A stretch of 64,000 nucleotides of DNA from an uncultured Chloroflexia bacterium (GTDB lineage Bacteria; Chloroflexota; Limnocylindria; Limnocylindrales; CSP1-4). Made by a program: the position numbers and the translations under genes. The stretch covers positions 4,789-68,788 of the forward strand of contig CAVTHS010000011.1 in assembly GCA_963734535.1 (NCBI GenBank). The letters run 5' to 3'. The first letter of the stretch is position 1. Each line of letters begins with the position of its first letter. The notes below the pieces were generated by a model that saw only the letters and a list, made by a program, of their open reading frames with translations, was not told the origin of the DNA and searched no databases. Below, piece after piece: positions 57,840 through 64,000 of this stretch.

Positions 57840-58261
57840 ATGAGCACGCCAACGATCCGGATCGGACAGGCCGCCGAGCTGCTCGGCGTCGGCGTCGAGA
57901 CGCTGCGACGCTGGGAGCTCGAGGGCCGGCTCGCCACGACCCGAACCGACGGCGGACAGCGGCGGGTGGCGATCGCTGAGGTGACCCGGCTCCTCGCGGA
58001 GCGGCGCCGGAGCACGCAGGACCGGCCGATCGTCGCCCAGTCGGCACGCAATCGATTCGCGGGAATCGTGACCCGGATCGAACGCGATCGGCGTGGCGGC
58101 CGTCGTCGAGGTGATCGCCGGCCCGCACCGGCTGGTCAGCCTGATGACCGCGGAGGCGGTCGAGGAGCTCGGGCTGAAGGCCGGGCGACGAGGTCGTGTG
58201 CGTCGTGAAGGCGACGAACGTGATCGTCGAGGTCCATTCGTCGCGAGAGTCGCGCGCGTGA
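57840..58261 (+). pseudogene. MerR/excisionase-type HTH plus TOBE (molybdate-binding) domain regulator, two apparent frameshifts
   Basis: IRIGQAAELLGVGVETLRRWELEGRL...SARNRFAGIVTRIERD (frame a), AAVVEVIAGPHRLVSLMTAEAVEELGLKAG (frame b) and DEVVCVVKATNVIVEV (frame c). TGA 58259-58261 overlaps the modA GTG. Confidence 0.7.
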
Positions 58262-59085
58262 GATCCCGCCTCCCCACGCTCGTCGGCGTCGTCGCCCTCC
58301 TCCTGGGCGCCTGCGCGGGAAGCCCGTCGCCTGCGTCCGGGCAGCCTGCCGCGGGCGTCGCCGCATCGGGTGCCCCACGCGTCGAGGTCACGATCTACGG
58401 CGCGGCGTCGCTGCAGGGCGTGCTTGCCACGGTCAAGTCCGTCTACGAGGCGGCCGTTCCCGGCACCGGCCTGACCATCTCGACGGACTCGTCGGCCGCC
58501 CTCGAGACGAAGATCGAGCAGGGCGCCCCGGCGGATGTCTTCCTCTCCGCGGACACGACGAACCCGCAGAAGCTCGTCGACGCGGGTCTCGCCGACGGGG
58601 AGGCGGTCGTGTTCGCGACCAACAGGCTGGTTGTCATCGTGCCGACGAGCAACCCCGCCGCGATCACATCGCCGGCCGACCTCGCGAGGCCCGGAATCAA
58701 GGTGATCGCCGCCGGCGACAGCGTGCCGATCGCGAAGTACGCGGCGCAGCTGGTCGCGAACCTCGCCAGGGAGCAGGGCTATCCGGCCGGCTTCGTCGCC
58801 AGCTACACCACGAACATCGTGTCCAAGGAAGACAATGCGAAGGCGGAGGTCGCCAAGGTCGAGCTCGGCGAGGGCGACGCCGCCATCGTGTACGCCACGG
58901 ATGCCAGGGCCTCGAGACGGGTCGCGACCATCGAGGTGCCCGAATCGGCCAACGTCCTGGCGCGGTATGCCGGCGTCGTCGTCAGGCGGCCGGCGAACGC
59001 GGCGGCAGCGACGTTCCTCGCCTGGTTCACCGGACCGGACGGCCAGGCGATCCTGGGCAGCTTCGGGTTCCTTCCCCCGTCATGA
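58258..59085 (+). CDS. modA: molybdate ABC transporter substrate-binding lipoprotein
   Basis: Lipoprotein signal VGVVALLLGACAG, then IYGAASL, DVFLSADT and IVYATDA motifs of ModA. Confidence 0.85.
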   Translation: MRSRLPTLVGVVALLLGACAGSPSPASGQPAAGVAASGAPRVEVTIYGAASLQGVLATVKSVYEAAVPGTGLTISTDSSAALETKIEQGAPADVFLSADTTNPQKLVDAGLADGEAVVFATNRLVVIVPTSNPAAITSPADLARPGIKVIAAGDSVPIAKYAAQLVANLAREQGYPAGFVASYTTNIVSKEDNAKAEVAKVELGEGDAAIVYATDARASRRVATIEVPESANVLARYAGVVVRRPANAAAATFLAWFTGPDGQAILGSFGFLPPS

Positions 59086-59963
59086 TCGAGGACGCAGTGG
59101 AGCTTGTTGGCAGCGCCGCAGCCGAGGCCCGCGCACCGGCGCAGGCTGCGACGCGGCGACCAGCGCGGGGCGCGGGCCCGATTGTCGCGATGGCCGCCCT
59201 TCTCGCGCTATTCCTCGGGCTTCCCGTCCTCACGCTGCTGGTGCGGGCCGTTCTCGACGGGTCGCTCGCGGGCGCCGTGGTCTCGCCCGTGGTCATCGAC
59301 GCGCTGTCGCTGAGCCTGGTGACGACGGCGATCAGCCTCGCCCTCACCGTGACGTTCGGCGTGCCGCTTGCCTTCGTGCTCGCCCGTCGCAGGTTCCCGG
59401 GCAAGGGCCTGCTCGAGGCGGTGATCGACCTGCCGATCGTGCTGCCGCCCTCGGTCGCCGGGCTCGCGCTCCTCCTGGTCTTCGGCCGGCGTGGGCTGCT
59501 CGGCGCGCCGTTCGACCTTGCCGGCATCTCGGTTCCATTCACGGTCGTCGCCGTCATCCTGGCCCAGACGTTCGTCTCGGCGCCGTTCTTCGTGCGCTCC
59601 GCGCGGACGGGGTTTGCCGGGGTCGACAGCGACCTCGAGGATGCCGCGCGTGTCGACGGCGCCTCGGAGCGCCAGCTGTTCCGGATGATCACGGTGCCGC
59701 TCGCCGGAGCGGCGCTCGCGGCCGGTCTCGTGATGAGCTGGGCGCGCTCGCTCGGCGAGTTCGGTGCCACGATCATGTTCGCCGGGAACGTCGAGGGACG
59801 GACCCAGACCCTGCCACTCGTCGTCTATGGCGAGTTCCAGGGCGGGAACCTCGACTCGTCGATCGCTGCGGCCGCGATCCTCGTGCTGGCGGCGTTCGGC
59901 GTCCTGGTCGCGGTTCGCGTCATGCACTGGGGACGCGTGCTCGAGACCCGCGGGTTGGGGTGA
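59082..59963 (+). CDS. modB: molybdate ABC transporter permease
   Basis: DAARVDGASERQLFRMITVPLA EAA-loop and SLGEFGATIMFAGN, the ModB signature. The start overlaps the modA stop. Confidence 0.9.
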   Translation: MIEDAVELVGSAAAEARAPAQAATRRPARGAGPIVAMAALLALFLGLPVLTLLVRAVLDGSLAGAVVSPVVIDALSLSLVTTAISLALTVTFGVPLAFVLARRRFPGKGLLEAVIDLPIVLPPSVAGLALLLVFGRRGLLGAPFDLAGISVPFTVVAVILAQTFVSAPFFVRSARTGFAGVDSDLEDAARVDGASERQLFRMITVPLAGAALAAGLVMSWARSLGEFGATIMFAGNVEGRTQTLPLVVYGEFQGGNLDSSIAAAAILVLAAFGVLVAVRVMHWGRVLETRGLG

Positions 59964-60084
59964 TTCCGCCGCTCGCCACGACTCCGGTGCGGTGGCCCTG
60001 CCGGCCGCCAGCGCAGCGGTGGCGACGGCCGCCTGATCGCGAGCGGGTCCGGCGGCCACGCCTGGACACCCGTGCCGCGGGACG

Positions 60085-60909
60085 TCAGCCGGGCGGCGGG
60101 CCCGGGCAGGTCCAGCGGAACGTGCCGCGAACCTCGTTCACCTCGGACGAGCCGGACGCGAGGTTGACCTGGAGCAGGTCCAGCGCGATGGCACCGGTCC
60201 GGTCGCCGGGTCCCCGCGTCATCTCGTCGGAGGGCGGGGCGACCGCCGCGTCGCCGAGCGCGAGCAATGTCGACGACGCCCCGTCTGCGAGCTCGACCTG
60301 GCGGGTGAGGAAGTTGGCCTTCAGGGTGTGCGACGTCGGGAGCCCGGCGATCGGGGCGATCGTCGTGAGCAGCCCGATGCGCCAGCGGCCGCTCGCCCAC
60401 TCGCACGACAGGGCGCCCGCGCTCGCGCCCACGGCCGGAAGCGTCGGCGCAAACGTGTAGGTCCCCGCGACGGTCACGGCCGGAGGGACGGTCGGGCCGG
60501 TTCCCAGGCCAAGGGCGCCGCCGCCGAGCACGAGCACCGCGACGATCACCACGCGGTCGACGTTGAAGCCGCGGAAGAGGAGCTGGAAGACCAGCCCGAT
60601 CACGAAGACCAGGCCAAGGCCGAACTGGAGCACGAAGAGCAGGAACCCGAAGTCGACGGGCAGGCTCCCCGCGAACCGGAGCGCGGCCCCCCACGCGACC
60701 CCAGCCAGCAGGAGCACGGCCGCGGTCGCGAGGTCCCGCCGCGTGGGCGGGAAGATGCGTCGCCCGGCGATGACCCCGGCCTCGATCTCGGACCACCCCA
60801 ACGGGTCGATCGGCGCCGTCGGCGGGAGTCCGCGCTGGCCGCGGGACGCCGGCCGTGCACGCAGGTTGAGCGACGGTCGAAGGGACGGCATGGGCCGGGA
60901 TCGTCGCAC
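60085..60909 (-). CDS. hypothetical membrane protein
   Basis: 274-aa ORF with about four TM helices followed by an extracytoplasmic domain. No family is recognised and the start is uncertain. Confidence 0.45.
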   Translation of the reverse strand: MRRSRPMPSLRPSLNLRARPASRGQRGLPPTAPIDPLGWSEIEAGVIAGRRIFPPTRRDLATAAVLLLAGVAWGAALRFAGSLPVDFGFLLFVLQFGLGLVFVIGLVFQLLFRGFNVDRVVIVAVLVLGGGALGLGTGPTVPPAVTVAGTYTFAPTLPAVGASAGALSCEWASGRWRIGLLTTIAPIAGLPTSHTLKANFLTRQVELADGASSTLLALGDAAVAPPSDEMTRGPGDRTGAIALDLLQVNLASGSSEVNEVRGTFRWTCPGPPPG

Positions 60910-60946
60910 ATCCCGGCGGAGGCGGTGTACGCTCGTGATGCCCGGC

Positions 60947-61022
60947 GGGGGAGTAGCTCAATGGTTAGAGCACCCGCCTTATACGCGGTTCGTTGGAGGT
61001 TCGAGTCCTCCCTCCCCTACCA
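60947..61022 (+). tRNA. tRNA with anticodon TAT (would read AUA, Ile), 76 nt with encoded CCA
   Basis: Manual cloverleaf. Acceptor GGGGGAG/CTCCCCT (G1-T72 wobble), D stem GCTC/GAGC, and anticodon stem CCCGC/GCGGT (one mismatch). The anticodon loop is CT-TAT-AC, the T stem GGAGG/CCTCC, the T loop TTCGAGT, and the discriminator A followed by CCA. Confidence 0.85.
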
Positions 61023-61161
61023 CCGTGCCGGACGTCATCCAACGCCTCGATCTCGCCGGGCCCGCGCAGGGCGGTCATCGATGGAGGCGCGCCATCGCGC
61101 CGGGCCCGGGCGGCCGAAGGTGGCATCGCATCGGAATCCCACCGGCGGTATGGTCTCGGCC

Positions 61162-61740
61162 ATGGGCTGGGAGGGTGCCTACCGTAACGGGACTCCGCCG
61201 TGGGACATCGGGCGCGCCCAGCCGGCGATCGTGCGCATTGCGGACGAAGGCCTGATCGCCGGCGACGTGATCGACGTCGGCTGCGGAACCGGCGAGAACG
61301 CGCTCCACCTCGCAACCCAGGGCCTGGCGGTCGTCGGCCTGGACGGCGCCCGGACGGCGATCGCCCGGGCGCAGGAGAAGGCCCGACGGCGCAGAAGCAG
61401 CGCCACGTTCGTGGTCGGGGATGCCCTCGCCCTCGGAACGCTCGGCCGAACGTTCGACACGGCGATCGATTGCGGCCTCTTCCACACCTTCTCCGATGCC
61501 GACCGGGTCCGCTTCGAGCGGAGCCTCCACGACACGCTCCGCGCAGGCGGCCGCTACGTGCTGCTCTGCTTCAGCGAGCTCGAGCCCGGCGACTTCGGCC
61601 CGCGCCGCGTGACCCACACCGAGATCCGCAGCACGTTCGCGAACGGCTGGACGGTCGACTCGATCATCGCGGAGCGATTCGCGGCCCGGCTGCCGGGCGG
61701 CGGCGCGCACGCCTGGCTGGCGACGCTGACTCGCACCTGA
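61162..61740 (+). CDS. class I SAM-dependent methyltransferase
   Basis: PPWDIGRAQP, VIDVGCGTGENAL (motif I) and AIDCGLFH follow a thiopurine/TehB-like MTase pattern. Confidence 0.8.
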   Translation: MGWEGAYRNGTPPWDIGRAQPAIVRIADEGLIAGDVIDVGCGTGENALHLATQGLAVVGLDGARTAIARAQEKARRRRSSATFVVGDALALGTLGRTFDTAIDCGLFHTFSDADRVRFERSLHDTLRAGGRYVLLCFSELEPGDFGPRRVTHTEIRSTFANGWTVDSIIAERFAARLPGGGAHAWLATLTRT

Positions 61741-62049
61741 GCGCCGCCCGCGTGCGGCGTCCGCGCTCTCGCCGCGGCGACCGGGGCGAGTGGACTGGTG
61801 CGGCGATCTGGGCGCGATGACCGCGGGCGAACCCAGGAGGCCGGGCGCGGCATCGTCCTCCCCGATCAGAATCACCCTTTGCACGCTCCGGAACGCGACC
61901 AACGTCGGGGTTGGCCGCGCTCCCACGCTCACGCCGGGTCCCAGCGATTGGCTCGCACGATACTCGGTGCGGGGACGAAGACACTCCGGGCTGTGCGCCA
62001 GGCGAGGCGCGCCGTGCGCCGTTCGCCCGGCGAGGCGCGCCGTTGAGGA

Positions 62050-62310
62050 TCAGGCGGTCGTGCGGCGACCCCCGACCATCCGGTACAACGCGACGACGAT
62101 GACGCCACCGATCACGGCGACCACGATGCTCTCGATGTTGATGCCGGTCACGTCGGCGACCTTCAGGACGGTGCCGGCCAGCCAGCCCCCGACGACCGCA
62201 CCCACGATGCCCAGGATCACGGTGAGGACGACGCCCTCGCCACCGCCCATGATCAGGTTCGTGAGGAACCCTGCGATCGCACCCAGGACGATCCACGCGA
62301 TGATGCCCAT
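62050..62310 (-). CDS. GlsB/YeaQ/YmgE-family (transglycosylase-associated) small membrane protein
   Basis: MGIIAWIVLGAIAGFLTNLIMGG...GIVGAVVGGWL, the typical 3-TM Gly-zipper sequence. Confidence 0.85.
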   Translation of the reverse strand: MGIIAWIVLGAIAGFLTNLIMGGGEGVVLTVILGIVGAVVGGWLAGTVLKVADVTGINIESIVVAVIGGVIVVALYRMVGGRRTTA

Positions 62311-62444
62311 GGCAACCTCCTACCCTCGTGTCGGCGCCAGCGGACGCCCCAGTCGAGCACGAGTGTGGTGCCAGGGCCCGCAAACGTCATGACTGCGCGT
62401 CATCTTGGGCGACGAGGGGCACGGGATGCGGGAATCGGAACCTC

Positions 62445-62507
62445 GCCGCGAGGAGGCGGCGAGGTCTGACGGGTAGGGCGCCGCGAGGAGGCGGCGAGGT
62501 CTGACGG
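62445..62507. repeat. 28-bp direct repeat x2 (GCCGCGAGGAGGCGGCGAGGTCTGACGG, period 35), each with hairpin potential
   Basis: Copies at 62445-62472 and 62480-62507. The first is extended to a 9-bp stem, CCTCGCCGC-GAGGAG-GCGGCGAGG (62441-62464). It lies just downstream of the NlpC/P60 stop on the minus strand. Confidence 0.7.
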
Positions 62508-62535
62508 ATCGCGGAGGTGCCCGATTCGGGACCGG

Positions 62536-63345
62536 TCAGGCTGCGCGCGTGTGCCAGCCGGCAACCCAGCCGAGCCGGCCGCCGACGAGCACGCGGAACC
62601 AGGTGCGCCCGGACCCATCCTTCGCGCTGCGGACGACGCCGACCTTCGTGCCCGGGGCCAGCGTGCCGAGGACGCGTACGGCCGTCGACGGGCCCGCCCG
62701 GAGGCGAAGCCCGGTCGTCGTGATCCGGTGGCTCGTAATCTTCACGGCGGTCGAAGCCACGGCCTTGGGCTTGGTCGCGTGCGGGATGGCCGCCGCGGCC
62801 GTCGCGGCGATGCCCGTGTGGAGGAAGGCGGTGAACGGTGTCGTGAGCGCACGGACCGCGTGGACTCGGACGCCGCTCACGAGCGTGGAGATGGCCATCC
62901 CGTTGCCGAGGTAGATCCCCACGTGGGTGCCGCCGCCCCAGATCACGAGGTCTCCCGGCCGCCCGCCTGTCCTGCTGGCGAGCCCGAGCGCCCGGAACCG
63001 AGCGTAGAGCGCGTACGCGCTGACCTCCCGGCTCGAGCCCACGACGCGAGAGATGCCCGCCGTCCGGAAGCTGTAGATGACGAGGCCAGAGCAATCGAAC
63101 ACGCTCGGGCCGGTTGCACCGAACACCCACGGATGACCGAGCTTCGACTTCGCGATCGCGATCACCCGGTCGGCATGCGTCGGCACGACCGCGACCTTGG
63201 TGGTCGTTCGAGCCGCTTCAGCGATCGGCGCGATCGTGGTCGGCGTGGCGGCAGCGACTCCGGACGCAGCGGGACCGACGCCGATGAGGAACGCAGCCGC
63301 ACTGGCTGCCATGACGTACGCCCTGAGGCGCGCGCTTCCGGGCAA
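62536..63345 (-). CDS. NlpC/P60 peptidoglycan endopeptidase with a C-terminal SH3-like domain
   Basis: A signal peptide, then WVFGATGPSVFDCSGLVIYSF (catalytic Cys), GDLVIWGG..HVGIYLGNG (His) and a C-terminal LRLRAGPSTAVRVLGTLAPGTKV...WFRV SH3b pattern. Confidence 0.85.
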   Translation of the reverse strand: MPGSARLRAYVMAASAAAFLIGVGPAASGVAAATPTTIAPIAEAARTTTKVAVVPTHADRVIAIAKSKLGHPWVFGATGPSVFDCSGLVIYSFRTAGISRVVGSSREVSAYALYARFRALGLASRTGGRPGDLVIWGGGTHVGIYLGNGMAISTLVSGVRVHAVRALTTPFTAFLHTGIAATAAAAIPHATKPKAVASTAVKITSHRITTTGLRLRAGPSTAVRVLGTLAPGTKVGVVRSAKDGSGRTWFRVLVGGRLGWVAGWHTRAA

Positions 63346-63620
63346 TGGTGCTCCCTTCTACCAGGACACCGCGCTCAGCGCGAGGTGGCGATGGATGCGC
63401 CGCCGAACGGCAGGAAGGTGACCCGAACGGCGCTGGGGCGCAGGTTTCGGGTCGGGGAGATGACCGCAAGCTGGGGCTCGCGGCGGCGGCAGGACGGGCC
63501 TGCCGTGTGGCGGCATTCTTCGGTTGATCCCGTGTGTCGCGTTGTTCCCCGACCGCGACCTTACACGACGGCCCCGCTCGTGTCGCCCCGCCGATGGGCC
63601 GGCCCACCCCCGTGAACTGG

Positions 63621-64000
63621 TCAGGGCACCCGGGCGACGAGCACGCGAGCACGCGCGGGCGCATCGATCGTGTACGCGACGACGGCGGCCGAGACCACGG
63701 CGGACTCGAGTCCGCCGAGCACCATCGGCTCCGACCCGGCGCGAACCCCATCCGGCGCCTCCGATGGGACCGTGAGCAGGCGAATGGGCCCGTCGAGCGC
63801 CGTCACGACGTGGACCGATGCCCCGCCGGGGTCCAGCCGGGCAGGCCGATCCGGCCCGACCACCACCTGCTCCAGGACGAACTGCTCGCATTCCACGACG
63901 GTCGCGCGGTCCCCGGTCGGTGCATGGCGAACCCGGGACCGGCTCGTCGGTCGGACGGACGCGAGGGCCTGCGCGATGTGCAGGGGCCGCTCGGGCGTCG
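63621..64000 (-). CDS. hypothetical protein, N-terminus outside the window
   Basis: The minus-strand frame is open from the window edge to the stop at 63621 (...ATVVECEQFVLEQVVVGPDRPARLDPGG...). No confident family is recognised. Confidence 0.3.
   Translation of the reverse strand, partial: TPERPLHIAQALASVRPTSRSRVRHAPTGDRATVVECEQFVLEQVVVGPDRPARLDPGGASVHVVTALDGPIRLLTVPSEAPDGVRAGSEPMVLGGLESAVVSAAVVAYTIDAPARARVLVARVP

Overview
Very GC-rich (about 70% or more by eye) bacterial chromosomal window with roughly 60 protein genes, one tRNA and one IS30-family element. I found no rRNA and no CRISPR array. The gene content (LLM/F420-type oxidoreductase, TadE/TadG pilins, System II cytochrome c maturation, LuxR/NarL regulators, ATP-dependent DNA ligase) fits a high-GC lineage such as Actinomycetota or Chloroflexota, but taxonomy cannot be fixed from this sequence alone. 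0-28 kb holds a crotonase fragment, an ATPase, a macro-domain protein, a decayed Tad pilin locus, thiolase and uppS, an MFS transporter, an extradiol dioxygenase, an IS30 element flanked by a duplicated sulfite-oxidase-like gene, GT2, an OpuC-type ABC transporter, DNA ligase and a GH10 enzyme. 28.8-50.3 kb is a ~21 kb island and the outstanding feature of the window. It encodes five multihaem c-type cytochromes (37 CxxCH motifs), an NrfC/NrfD-type membrane module, a NapC/NirT-type decahaem, a Rieske protein, a full System II haem-attachment set (ResA, CcsB, ResB, CcdA), NHL and TPR proteins, and atypical LuxR regulators. I interpret it as a candidate extracellular electron-transfer system that includes an OmcS-like hexahaem. 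50.8-64 kb holds a two-component system, rhodanese, a class V aminotransferase, molybdate uptake genes, a tRNA with anticodon TAT, and an NlpC/P60 hydrolase. At least ten genes outside the island are broken by 1-nt frame changes or an in-frame stop, in patches, while all island genes are intact. Start codons are inferred from SD motifs and family N-termini. All family calls rest on motif recognition and were not checked by database search.
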